A DNA stretch of 64,000 nt from Octopus vulgaris. Taxonomy: Eukaryota. Location: the NCBI GenBank assembly GCA_951406725.2, contig OX597833.1, positions 29,202,001 to 29,266,000 of the forward strand. Reading direction: 5' to 3'. A model generated the notes under the pieces. The model was given only the letters and a program-made list of their open reading frames with translations. It was not told where the DNA came from and ran no database searches. Of this stretch, positions 1-11,774 are shown piece after piece (the stretch's first letter is position 1; every line of letters begins with the position of its first letter). The translations under genes and the position numbers were made by a program.

Positions 1-1257
1 GAGCCCAAAGAGTTTTTTTCTTATGTTTTGCTTGCAACTACAACTTTACTTATTCAGTTGATTCAGCCTTGGGGAGGTAAGGGACTGCATGTAACTACTG
101 CTTTACTTTAATAAATACTTTGCTGTGGGACCACATAAATGGACTTGGCTCTGTGCCCAACAGTATAAATACAATCTATAATTTCTTATTAATGACATAA
201 CAATGGCATCATCGATAGGATTTGGAAAATTAATGTTGTCTGATCCTGATTTGATTTATGTCTGATTAAGATGCTCTTCATGCAGTACCAATACAAAAAA
301 GCTCAAGGACTCTGCTGATAGTAAAGAAACAACTTATCCCAGTGCATGACTTCAGTGGGGCCCTGGTTTGGGATTTCCAGGTTTTGAGGAGTGTGGAACC
401 ACCTCTTAGCCACTTTTGTTCCTGTGTCTACACAGATCTGAAATAGTAGGGTCCCACATATGGACTAATTAGCATGTCACAGAATTGCCTCCAGAAAAAG
501 GTCACTTACAGACACCCCAAAGGACCCAATGCAGATGAGGCTCTTTAGTTGCTCATCTATACAAATCCTGCTTCTTGATAACTACAGGACTCTTGTCACT
601 TGTTGTACCAAACCAATACAAGTTTAAAGGATGAGAGAGTGGGGTTGGCTCTGCACAAACCATGCCAAGGCAGCAGAGGTCTATAGTAATAACCTCTTGT
701 TGACTTCTAGGGTAATTAATTGAGCATTTAAAAACAGCAAAGTGAGTAAATCCCTACAGAAAATCTAGAGGGAGGGCAGATGTGTACAACTGTACTTAAC
801 CAATATCTGGCATCCCCTGTGGTTCTATGGATGCTGCAAATATATTGACTTGTCTCTCCTTTGTAGTATATCCATGGATGGAGAGGTGGAAAGTATACTT
901 GGAGCTAGAAACTTGCTTCTAAAAACAGCCCAGGCACAGCAGAAGTGGTTAAATTACTGCCTCTGCAATGTCAATGACCAGAATTCAAGAATATTAAGAG
1001 CCTATCTGATAGTGTATCTTAAAGTGTTGGAGGAAATGAACAGTGCAGACATAAAAGAAACAATAGTCTTTAATAAGAGACGGTTATGGTGAAAAAGCAC
1101 TCTTTCTGGCTCTGAAGCAAATATTATTAGAAACATTATATTAATATTATGAAAGATTGAAAGATACTGCCTATTTTTGTGAAATTGATAAGTAGGACAA
1201 TCTGCTGAAGACTACTTCTTGACAATTGCAACTAATTAATTGACTCTCAAACCCATT

Positions 1258-1690
1258 AACATCATCATCATCATATAACATCCCTTTCTCTATGTTGGCA
1301 GGGGCAGGACAGTTTGACATGAACAGATGAATCAGAGGACTTTGTCAAGTTCTAACGTATGCTTTGGCATGGTTGCAACGGTTGGATGCCTTTCTTAATA
1401 CCAGCCACTTCACAGAGTGTACTGAGTGCTTTTTATGTGGCACAGGCACAGATGCTATTACGTGGTGCCAGTACAAGTACTTGTTATGTGGCACTGACGC
1501 AGGGCTCTTGCAGGCTAATCATCTTCAACAGGGATGTGGCATTAACAGTTCTATTGTGGAGGACAGGTCATCTTGAGTACAACAAGGTGCCAGATATCTT
1601 AGTCCTTTGTCATTTCCTCCATAAGGTTCAGTGTCCTGAGGTCATCCTTCAGTACTTCATCCCATGTCTTCCTGGGTTTCCCTCTGCTAT
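1258..1690 (-). mobile_element. Old RTE LINE 3' fragment
   Basis: (cat)n tail, ttggatgcctttcttaa motif and ORF end (GKPRKTWDEV on the minus strand), all shared with the RTE at 22-25.6 kb. Confidence 0.7.
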
Positions 1691-1889
1691 GAGTTCCATC
1701 CAGAAAATGCCTCTTGGATTGTTGTTTGGATACACCTGTCATACACAAAAACAACAAGTGTTACATATTTCAATGTGGAAAATTTATCAAAAGATTTCAC
1801 AGGCAAAATAATTTACCAAAAGAACATTTACATTGGCGGTCACATCACTGCTGACTTGAAGCAGAAAGGGAAAGCAGTTCTACAAGAAC

Positions 1890-2670
1890 ACACCTGCCAT
1901 GCTGTGGCTATCAATGCAAAGAAGAATGTCTTTCATGTTGGAGAATTGACATTCCTTGGCCACAAGATTTCTTAACATGGTATTCAGCCAGATAATATAT
2001 TAGTGAAGAAGTTATTAGACCTAAAGATCCCATAGGACAGGAAGGAATTGGAGTCATTTCTAGGAATAACTAATTTTTACACTAAATTTATTCCTGCATA
2101 AGTCTGTAGATTTTTAAATCTATGTAAACAGCACTCCACATTTTTATGTAAGAAGGAATGCACTAATTTGTTTAAAATATTAAAGAAAGATTTGGGTTGT
2201 TCAGTCCTATACTTGTCCTGATGTCTATTTGAAGCTGAATATTGAAATATCTAACATTGAAAGAGATACTTTGACAGTTGTCTGGACAATTCAAAGAAGC
2301 TAAAACTTTTTAATGAAACAAAAATTTTTCTTGAGTATGTAAGTTCTTAGAGATCATATTCAATCCAAGAAGAGAACTATCTAAAGCAGCATCTGTCACA
2401 ATATTATGATGGGCAATCCACTTTGCTGCTTTGACCAAGTTTTTATATGTGAAAGACAATACTATTTTCCATGTAGATACTCTATCAAGAATGAAGTTCA
2501 CTGAACCAATAAATTTAGCTGCAAATAAAATGGAGGTATCATTTATTCAGTGGATGAACTGAAAATAGAATGAAACAAAGAATGATATAATTATTAATCA
2601 AATCAAAACGAGTAAATGAAATAATTGCTCAATAAGTGAGAGACCTTATAAAGTTAGTAGACTAAAACTC
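1890..2670 (+). mobile_element. Degraded Ty3/Gypsy pol remnant (RT C-terminus / RNase H)
   Basis: FHVGELTFLGHKIS*HGIQPD...KELESFLGITNFYTKFIP, then SNIERDTLTVVW and VDTLSR; contains stops and frameshifts. Confidence 0.7.
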
Positions 2671-2677
2671 ATTGCTG

Positions 2678-3100
2678 ATCATCATCATCAACATCAGTTT
2701 TCAATGGTTGGACGGTTTGACAGGAATTGGTAACACTGGAAACCGCATCAGGTTCCATTGTCTGTTTTGGCATGGTTTCTACAGCTGGATGCCCTTCCTA
2801 ATGCCAACCACCTTACAGAGTGTACCGGGTGCTTTTTATGTGGCACTAGCACCAGTACTTTTTATGAGGCACCAGCACTGACAGGGTCACCAAGTACCTT
2901 GAAAGTCAAAAACACCTCAGCTGTGATGGTGGAATAGTATTGAGAGAATGTGGCTTTGCGCTAGTTGAGAGATTTGAGGCATAGAAGGGACAGATATAGG
3001 TGTCTTGCTGTAGAATAAATACGTAGATATACCAGTTGGAAAGGAAAGGAGATTGAGTTAGAGAGTAAGATAAAGAAGGCGATTGTGAGAGAGATTATGG
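2678..3100 (-). mobile_element. RTE-related 3' tail fragment
   Basis: catcatcatc tail, ctacagctggatgcccttcctaatgccaacc motif; shares sequence with 4320-4430. Confidence 0.6.
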
Positions 3101-3939
3101 TGAAGATGTGTTGGAACATGCCTTTGACAGACATTGGGGTGAGGTGAGAATATATAGAGGCTTGAGCTGAGTGAGAATATATAGAGGCTTGAGCTGACTG
3201 TAGCAAATAATGGAGAGAAATATAGGAGAAGCTCAGAAGCAGGGTTTGCAGTAGACATGTGAGAACATTGAGGGTGATAGCAGGCAAGTGACGAGTTGAT
3301 GATGGAGAGCAGTGCAAGGAGGAGAGACAAGGCACAGAAAAAAGATGATTGGTGGAGACAGTAAGCAAGGGAAGAAAGGTAATCGAGAAAGCCAGGTGGG
3401 TGTAGTATGTGTCCATTCTGCTCTCAGGTGATAGAGGAAGTAATGGATGTTAGAAGATGAAATGTAAGGGAGAAGGTTGACTTGGTAGAGAGGATGGATA
3501 TAAGCAGTACCAAGGTAGTTTTTGGATATATATATATCAATTCTGCTGTAGTGGACTAGTCTTCTTGAATACAGCAAGGCACCAAATATCTTGATCGTTT
3601 GTTATCTCCTTTGTAAGGTACAGTGTCATCAGATTAGCCTTCAATACTGTAGTGTGATGGATGAAGAGGACAACAGAAGGAGAAGCAATGGGAGAAAGAA
3701 ATACAAAAGGCCTTACCTCGGTGAAGATCAGAGGTCTCTTACGAATTCGACATGTCCTGTCGCTTCCTCGTCTATGCTTGCACTGACCCTTCGTCGATGA
3801 CCACACGTGCGTCCTGCTTGACCTCTTCCGCTTCCTGCCACGCATGCACCCTGCAGTCTTCTGCCGGCCCCTGCAAGCCCTACTTCCGCCCGCCTCATCT
3901 GTCATCCTCTCCACCAGTACCACATAGCTCATCACATCC

Positions 3940-4430
3940 CACAACACCAACTGCCAACACCACAAATACTTCATCCTATGCTTTCCTGGATCTTCCTCTT
4001 GCACAAGCTCCATCCACTTTTGGAGATAAACACTTCTATATGCAACTGTTCACATCCATATGCATCAAATGACCAAACCAGCGCAGTCTTCTCTCCTGCA
4101 CATTGTATTTAATTCCTCTTAGACCTAACTTCTCTCTCAATACACTAGATCTCTGCCACACATGTATACAGACATTGCACCCCCAGTGGAGTACACTAGC
4201 TTCATTTATCTGTAATGTTCTCATGTCCTCTAAATTCAGGACCCACATCTCACTACCATGCAGTATTGGTGTTCATATACATGCATCATACAGTCTTCCT
4301 TTCATTCCCCGAGTGAGAGGAAGATAATCTCTCTCACAATTGCACTCTTTATCTTACTCTCTAACCCACTCTCTTTTCTTTTCCAACTGGTATATCTATG
4401 CATTTATTCTATAACCAGACACCTGTATCT
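3940..4430 (-). mobile_element. Old RTE LINE ORF C-terminal fragment
   Basis: NEASVLHWGCNV...LREKLGLRGIKYNVQERRLRWFGHLMHM. Confidence 0.7.
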
Positions 4431-4574
4431 ATCCCTTTTTAGTGAGTTTTAGCCCACTAATTTTATATAATGTTCGGTCATTCTTTGACAGCTGTTAGAA
4501 TCAATCTAGTGAAGAACAACAACTGGTGTGAGATTATGAAGGCTTCATGTACATGAGGAATTTATTTCGATGCA

Positions 4575-5210
4575 GTATGAGAGTATGACCATACCAGAGC
4601 AGTCGTCCCTCTTGCACACCACATCTGATGCTTCTTAGGTCCAACCTTTCTCTCAAGGTACTTACACTCTGTCGAGTATGCACACTGACATTACACATCC
4701 ATCGGGGCAGTCACGGCCCATGTTTCACTGCCATGTAGCATAGCTGTTCGTACACATGTGTTGTACTGTCTACCTTTTACTCTGAGCGAGAAGCCCTTTG
4801 TCACCAGCAGAGGTAAGAGCTCTCTGAACTTAGCCCAGGCTATTCTTATTCTAGCAGCTACACTTTCAGCGCACCCTCCCCTGCTACTGACTTGGTCACC
4901 TAGGTAACGGAAGCTATCAACTACTTCTAGTTTTTCTCCCTGGAATGTGGCGGAAGTTGTTCTCTGCACATTTTCAGTGTTATTTATAGCTCCCGAGCAT
5001 CTGCCACATACAAAAGCTATCCTCCCACTTAGCCTTCCTTTGATAATGCTGCATCTCTTATGTGTCCATAGCTTACACTGGGTACATCTTATAGAGTTTC
5101 TACCTACGCCTTTTCTACAGATCAAGCAGGGCCATCTACCTGAAGGCATTTGTGGTTTGCCTGCCTTCCTACTTATTAGGACTTTGGTTTTAGCTAGGTT
5201 GACTCTAAGA
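4575..5210 (-). mobile_element. RTE LINE internal fragment carrying the PHD-like finger (same family as 22-25.6 kb)
   Basis: WPCLICRKGVGRNSIRCTQCKLWTHKRC...FVCGRC...FRYLG...MLHGSETW, nearly identical to ORF 23727-24491. Confidence 0.9.
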
Positions 5211-5289
5211 TGTATATGGATACATATATATATTTATATATATGTGGATGTATATATTTATATGGATATATATATATATATATATATAT

Positions 5290-5660
5290 ATGTTATGAAG
5301 CCACTGTAGACTCTTCAACCACTAAGGACATAGTTTCGTCAAAGAAATATGTGGGTCTCACAGAAGGGAATTTCAAAGCCAGGTTCAACAATCACACCTT
5401 GAACTTCAGACACTGGGAAAAAAGAAAAAACAACCAAATTATCCAGTTATATATGGTCCTTAAAAGAAAAAGGTGTTAACTATAAAATCCATTGGAAGAT
5501 CTTAGCCAAGAGTAAGCTTTACACCAACGGCAGTGGGAAGTGTGGTCGTTGTGATATAGGAAGATGGCTTATCAGGAAAAGCAGCAAAGACCCCACTACA
5601 TGTCTAAATTCAAGAACTGAACTTTTTGGATCATGTCCATATATGGCTAAATATTTCTTA
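5290..5660 (+). mobile_element. Penelope-like element GIY-YIG endonuclease remnant
   Basis: YEATV...KKYVGLTEGNFKARFNNH...TKLSSYIWSLKEK...IHWKIL...CGRC...LNSRTELFGSC (frameshifted). Confidence 0.75.
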
Positions 5661-5959
5661 TGTTTTTGGTCCCTGCAAGATCACAGATAGAACCTGGTTT
5701 TTATATTCTGTCCACGTACAAGCATTTCATTTGTTACATATATATTTTTATATTTTTACATAATTTTATATATATTTTATTGCTTTATACATTTTTTCTG
5801 CACATTACCTTTCATCCTGCATATTTGTGCATGTGCATATAGAGACATGTATATGAACATAATTGTGCGCATATGAAGAAGAGGAGGAAAAATAACAGCA
5901 ATAATAATATGAGCCAATCCCCTAATACCACCCCTAACTTTAACTTGTCTATAAATAGT

Positions 5960-6440
5960 ACAACATCTTCCCTATCCACAACTAACCCATGTAGGATAGA
6001 TAGCTGCAACGGGACCAAATGCCTGCTGCAAGACCACTGGAGAAGGTTTAACATAGTATATTACATAATTCCACAACATATTACATAATTCTACTAGCTA
6101 CAACATTGGGTCTACTATTAACTTTAAAATATTCTGCATGTCTAAACTCATTTAAATATGAAGAACATAGCAAATCCACATCCCTAGCCAACCACATATA
6201 CTACCTGATAAATAGGACAGTACTGAATAGGATGTGCTGGACCATAATAGAAATTGGTGTCCCATACCAAGGCCAGCACTCCACATGTGGACTCTGGCTG
6301 AAAGAAGCCCTCCAAATATTAATTCATAATTCTCCACAATTACTCAAAAAAGAACATGAAGCTTTTTCACCATATAAGCATAAGTTGTTTCGAACCTTTA
6401 TATCCTTCTATAGATCCAAATGCAAGCAAAATAAACACAC
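5960..6440 (+). mobile_element. Second, more degraded Penelope-like GIY-YIG remnant
   Basis: CRIDSCNGTKCLLQ...NIVY, SFKYEEHSKSTSLANHIYYL...WTII...CGLWLKEALQI...; same motif order as 5290-5660. Confidence 0.6.
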
Positions 6441-7216
6441 ATAACACTTGCCTAAATACTTCCACAGTCGTTACAATATCTTTTTGTTTTTTCCTTTTCT
6501 TTCTTTTCTCCTTTCCTTTTCATTTTCTTCTCTATCAACATAGATACTTTAGAAGCTAGCTAGCTTTATTCTTTAAATTTGTAACTTTTTAATTACAAAT
6601 TTTAAATTTAACTTTTAAGTTTTAAGTCTTTAATTTGAATCCTTTATCCATTTAATTGTAGTTTTATCCTACATATACCCACTTAAGCTAGGTGCCTATT
6701 CTTAGCTACTTTTAGTTATCCCCACTGACCTCACCTCACCTATAGACATAAATACCTTCCTCTTCCACTTTGCCAAAATCTTTAATGCCTGACCTCTCAC
6801 CCAGAACACTTTTTTGATTTTGATTTTACTTTACTTTTGATCTCATTCTCCCCCCCCCACCCATCCCATTCCTGTCTTCTCCCTTTTCTCTCTTCTATCC
6901 ACTCACTCACAACCCACTTCTGTCTATCTTGATGTCTGTATTTCTCACTCTATATACCCACAGGGACCATTCGCACACTAGCTAACTACTTCAACATGAA
7001 CACATCATTCAAAAGACTGCCAAAATCCTGCCTATAAGGACCTATACCTTTACAGAAGTATGTGGACCAACCTCCATACCCTATGGAAAAAGACGAATTG
7101 TGAACTTTTATTATCCTGTCTGTATTCTTAATATCCACTTTTACTTTTTATTCTCCTATTTTATTCCTTTTAAACTGTGACTTTTCCCGCCTAGAACTTT
7201 CACACATACTCACTTT

Positions 7217-7292
7217 GTCTCTGATGACGGAATACCCAGTGTACAGACATGCTAGCCTATCACTTGGGATATCTCAGAAACAGCTGTAAGAC
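7217..7292 (+). ncRNA. Minimal type I hammerhead ribozyme (Penelope pLTR type)
   Basis: Stem I gtct/agac, CUGAUGA core at 7221-7227, stem II atacccagtg/cacttgggatat, GAAA at 7277-7280, palindromic stem III cagctg, cleavage triplet GUA (cut after 7288). Confidence 0.75.
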
Positions 7293-7569
7293 TTCATATT
7301 AACTTTACCCAAAATTAAATTATCATAAATGACTTGAGATACTTGTCCTGCATTGGTTTTGATGTCCTTTTCCTCTAATATACATACATATATATTATAT
7401 AATATGAATAATTTCTGACATAGACATAAAGCCAGTTCATTATAATGAGGAATCCAAAACACTTATCATGACTTTTATTTGATATTATTGACCCCTAGGC
7501 GAAGTTTATCTCGGTGAAATCAAAACACAGAAGAGAAGAAGCTAATTACCGTGTGTGTGTGTGGGGGGG

Positions 7570-8065
7570 GGTCAGTTTAAGCACTCCCATATAACCCATA
7601 ACTTTTTTATTTTTTGGAATTTTCAGAAAATTTTTGCAAGTATGTGTTTTACACATGGCAATTCATACAATTATGAAAAATAAAAAAATTTGTGTATGAT
7701 TTAAGGGTAATTTAGCTGTTATTTTTAGAACATCTCACTACCACTTGATACCTTCCTTGTTTCTTTGCCATTGTGACGATCAATATTTTTCTCCCCATAA
7801 ACACATTTAATGGAATGACGATGCACCCAAGGGCGGTTCATTGTTGAAATTTAAGCAAAAAGTTCAAATTTTAAACAGTGATTTTTTTTTCAATTCAAGA
7901 AAGTGGAACTTCTAGGATTTAATGAGGTGAAGATGGATTAAAAAAATTTTTTTCATAATTGTATGAATTCTCATGTGTAGAACACATTTGCAAAAATTTC
8001 CTGCCAATTCCAAAAATAGAAAAATTATGAGAGGTTATAAGGAGTGCTTAAACCAGAATTCTGCC
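7570..8065. mobile_element. MITE with long TIRs (same family as 11080-11546)
   Basis: gtttaagcactcc...ataac at the left end inverts ttataaggagtgcttaaaccagaattctgcc at the right end; internal sequence homologous to 11080-11546. Confidence 0.7.
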
Positions 8066-8099
8066 AAAACATCAATTCAACACCAGATGCTTCGATTGA

Positions 8100-8330
8100 T
8101 TACACACTACAAGGTTCAATGGAACCTACTGAAGCATGCCAACACAATTGCAGCATTACTGTGGGTGATGGCAAAGTCAAGGCCAAGCACCTTCATAGGC
8201 ATCACCTGACACTTCAGTTTAGTCACCAATGATGACAAGAACTTTCCCATTAGTGGCCCAGTCTCTCCAAACATCTCAAATGCCAAAAGCTGGAAGAAAT
8301 AGTTTACCAGCATGTATTTCTTCACTGGAG
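8100..8330 (-). mobile_element. Remnant of a restriction-like endonuclease (CRE-type) non-LTR element C-terminus
   Basis: KKY...YFFQLLAFEMFGETGPLMGKFLSSL..(SGDAYEGAW)..FAITHSNAAIVLAC resembles the FxPxAxETxGxxG...SxAxQRGNAAxIL motif. Confidence 0.45.
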
Positions 8331-8595
8331 TAATGTCTTCTATGCGGAAAGCCTGCTTTGTTAGGAGGAAACCAATATTTGATAGTTGATTACAGTAATA
8401 ATGATGGCAACAAATAACTTTGTATATTTACCTTTCAATTCAGTTGATTTTTTCAGTAAAAGAAACAAAAGAACAAAAACAGATTTAAATCTTGTTAAAC
8501 AAATCTGGCCAATTAAACTAAAACAAGAATATCATTTGCTTAATTGTTTCTTTATACACAGCTCTGAAGAACTTTTGACCTAAATTCACTCACTA

Positions 8596-8970
8596 TCTCT
8601 CTCTATATAAACGGCAGTTTGTCTGTGTGTGTTTCTGTGTGTCTGTTTGGTTGTACCCTCACTCTGACCACGGCTTTCAACCGATTCTGATGAAACTTGA
8701 CACACACATAGCCCAATGTCATAATTCAAAACTAACGCAGCGAAAATTTTGAAAAGTTCCCCCAGTTCTGAAAAAGATCGATAAATTCGACATGGGGTCG
8801 ACTATCAGAAACACAAACCACAGATGGTCTAGGGGACGCAACTCGACCTTTTTAACTATCAAAAAAAACTTTACCATCATTTTTTTCCCCATTTTTTTGC
8901 TATAACTCTATAAAAAGGCTTTATAGTTATTTCCCTTACAAACCCGAGCAACGCCGGGCGATACTGCTAG
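8596..8970 (+). mobile_element. Non-autonomous Helitron
   Basis: A|TC 5' end, subterminal hairpin cccg-agcaacgc-cggg, CTAG|T 3' end, no TSD; near-identical to 62953-63336. Confidence 0.85.
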
Positions 8971-9009
8971 TATAAATATAATCAGCTATAAATTTACACT
9001 ATAAAGATA

Positions 9010-9520
9010 TCATCATCGTCGTTTAACATCTGTTTTCCATGCTGGCGTGGGTTGGACAGTTTGACTGAGGACTGGCAAGCCAGAGGCTGTGCCAGGCTTC
9101 AATCTGATCTGGCAGTGTTTATACAGCTGGATGCCCTTCCTAACACCAACCACTCTGAGAGTGTAGTGGGTGCTTTTTATGTGCCTACTGGCATGAGGGC
9201 CAGTCAGGCGATTCTAGCATTGACCATGCTCGAATGGTGCTTTTTATGTGCCACCAGCATGGGAGCCAGTCAGGTGGCACTGGCAACAACCACACTTGAA
9301 TGATGCTTTTTACATGCCACCAGCACAGGAGTCAATCTAGCGGTACTGGCATCGGCCATAACAATGATTTCACTTGACTTAACTGGTCTTCTCAAGCGCA
9401 GTTTATTGCCCGATGATTGAAGGGTACTCTTAAATGGGCTGGTTATGCGATATTGGTATAGGCCACTGTTATGGTCTCACTTGGCTTGCCGGGTCTTCTC
9501 AAGCACAGCATATCTCCAAA
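9010..9520 (-). mobile_element. RTE 3' tail / RTE-dependent SINE-like copy
   Basis: catcatcgtcgtttaac tail; repeated gtgctttttatgtgcc units; ORF end gagaagacccggcaagcc on the minus strand. Confidence 0.8.
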
Positions 9521-9879
9521 ATTTCTCAGTTGCTCAATGTGTTTGCAGAGGACAGAAAGAAACATGAAACCATCAAGACTAACACATCGCATATTGTACT
9601 TGATAAGGCAAATTTTCATGTTGAAACATCTCACCTTTTCCAGTATTTCTGTGTCCAGTGAAAAAAAACTTCCATTTTGATACATCATTGTGAAATTTGG
9701 ATGAATATCTTAAGCATTTTGACGTGGGCAAAGTTTATATCTCAGATGGATATAGTAGGAATGCAATAATAATAATGAAATTATTGTATACAGTGCTCAG
9801 AGAGCACCGTAATATGAGCATCCGCGCGCACGCAAACACACACACACCACACACACATATGTAATTCAAAAAGTTCAAA

Positions 9880-9892
9880 GGGGGAATTTTCC
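9880..9892 (+). promoter_or_regulatory. NF-kappaB (Rel) binding site candidate
   Basis: GGGGGAATTTTCC matches the kappaB/Rel consensus; a weaker GGGAATTTAC lies at 10024. Confidence 0.4.
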
Positions 9893-10094
9893 ATTCAGTA
9901 TCATGTTTACTATAGAGACTATGTAACAAATTATACTTTACACTTCTATATTTAACTGTGTGTGTATATATTCCTTATTTTTGCTTCTGGTGTCTTCTGC
10001 CTTTCCATTAGGAATGTTTGCCTGGGAATTTACTTCAAGTGAAATACTAAAATCGTATGCAACAGATAAATCGTCTTAATAACATATTTCTGTG

Positions 10095-10573
10095 TACCAG
10101 ACCTGTAGCTGTTACATTTAGCGTAACGAGTTTTCTGGTGAGGGATTCGTTTACCTTCATTGTCTGTTTGTTGCTTTAGTAGAATTCAACAGATGCACAA
10201 AACGGAGAAAATGAAACAAATACGAACGACTTGTTCCGAAACATCCCCGAGTGGGGAACAGTTCTCAAAAATAACCCCCCGTTGTCCCCTCCCCCAATTT
10301 CTATGTCCTCGGAATCTACATAGTCCGAGGTATATTTGTAGAGAATTTCATTAAAAAATACCCATTTTTTAAAAAGTTAAGACGAATTGAATTGGACGCC
10401 AGAGAATTTTCCGAAATGCCCCACCTCCTAACCCCCCCCCATAAAGTCTGTATATTCGGAATCTACATGATATAACACATATTCGTAGAAAATTTCATTA
10501 AAAAAAATTTCCATTTTTCTGACAGTTATGATCATCCAAAGTCGGGAGGGGAGCAGAAATCTATAGTTATGCC
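10095..10573. mobile_element. MITE fragment homologous to 16215-16691
   Basis: Colinear similarity from tgtaccagac to gttatgatcatccaaagtcggga...tagttatgcc. Confidence 0.75.
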
Positions 10574-11079
10574 TTTCAAGTTTCATTTTGTATATATATA
10601 TATATATATATATATATGCAACGTGTGTCAGTATGTTAGTGTGCTATCCTTCCAATTTTTTGGGGGGATCTTTTCTCTTATTGAATTCCGATATAATCGT
10701 AATCTACTCCATCTGAAAGGTAGTAGTAGAAAATTTCTTACAAAAAAATACGTATTTTCTGAAAGTTATGAGGAAACAAAGCCGATTTTCACACTCACGG
10801 AAAATTCTTTTTCATAAATTCGATACAATAGCAATTTACATAATCTGAAGCGTATTTGTAAAAAATTTCATTAAAAGATATTCAATCGGGGCGGGACACT
10901 CACGTGTAGGTATCCGCAGTAGTTGTTTCAAGTTCAGCTTTGATTGATTAGATCTACGGTCAAAGAGCTAACAGTTACCGTCTTTTTTCTCCCCAGACAA
11001 TGACTCTCTAGTTAATGTACCTAATAACCTAATGAGGTTACTCTAGTAATTGTCTAATGATATTCTGCTAACCAGTTCG

Positions 11080-11546
11080 GGTGGAATTTTGGTTTAAGGA
11101 CCCCATATAACGCCTCATAACTTTAAAAAAATTTGGTATTTCAGAGAATGTTTGAAAATTTACGTTCTACACACGGGAATTCATATGATTAGGAAAAAAC
11201 CCCAAATTGTGTAAGATTTATGGGCGATTTAGCTGTTATTTTTAGCACATCCTACGACCACCGGATACCGTCCCCATTTCTTTTTACTCTGACATGTATT
11301 GTTTTTTTTTTTCAATATTTTCTCCCCATAAACATATTTAACGGAATGATGATGCACCGAATTTAAGCAAAAAATTCGAAAAAAGAGTTAAAGTTTTAGG
11401 ATATATGAGGGGAGAGTTGAAATTTTTTTTCATAGTTGTATGAATTCCCATGTATAGAACATAAATTCGTAAAAATGTTCTGAAAGTTCCGAACAGTAAA
11501 AAAAGTAATGCGGGGTTATATGTAGTGCTTAAACCAGAATTCCGCT
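11080..11546. mobile_element. MITE with long TIRs
   Basis: ggtggaattttggtttaagg / gcttaaaccagaattccgct; degenerate 8-bp TSD ccagttcg/tcagttag. Confidence 0.7.
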
Positions 11547-11720
11547 TCAGTTAGAATATCATAATTCCTAGCAATTCAAAGTATGAGTGATGACATTTCT
11601 TTAATTTATTATTTATATGAAAATATCTACAGTATTTTTTCTATCGGATATTGAATATAACGCATTTTTTTATTACGTTAGTGTAAGCGTATTTAACCGA
11701 AAGGATAAAGTTAACGATCT

Positions 11721-11737
11721 GAAAAGTGAAAGTGAAA
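11721..11737 (+). promoter_or_regulatory. IRF-binding element / ISRE-like site
   Basis: GAAAAGTGAAAGTGAAA is three tandem GAAANN units matching the IRF-E consensus. It lies in non-repetitive sequence 37 nt upstream of a consensus splice donor. Confidence 0.55.
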
Positions 11738-11774
11738 TCTGTATTTTCCAGAAACTGTTGAACTCTTTTGCTGG
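11738..11774 (+). other. Candidate non-coding first exon (3' part) of the OPTN/NEMO-like gene
   Basis: Ends at tgg|GTAAGT (donor at 11775). The first coding exon has an acceptor 5 nt before its ATG, so an upstream UTR exon is required. The transcription start is not determinable. Confidence 0.4.

Noticed and set aside
1-1250. 80-aa ORF at 850-1092 and surrounding sequence
   Set aside because: No recognisable domain or consistent splice pattern; probably ancient repeat debris.
3144-3197. 27-bp tandem duplication, and a ~40-bp direct repeat at 35778/35914
   Set aside because: Ordinary local slippage or duplication in low-complexity purine-rich DNA.
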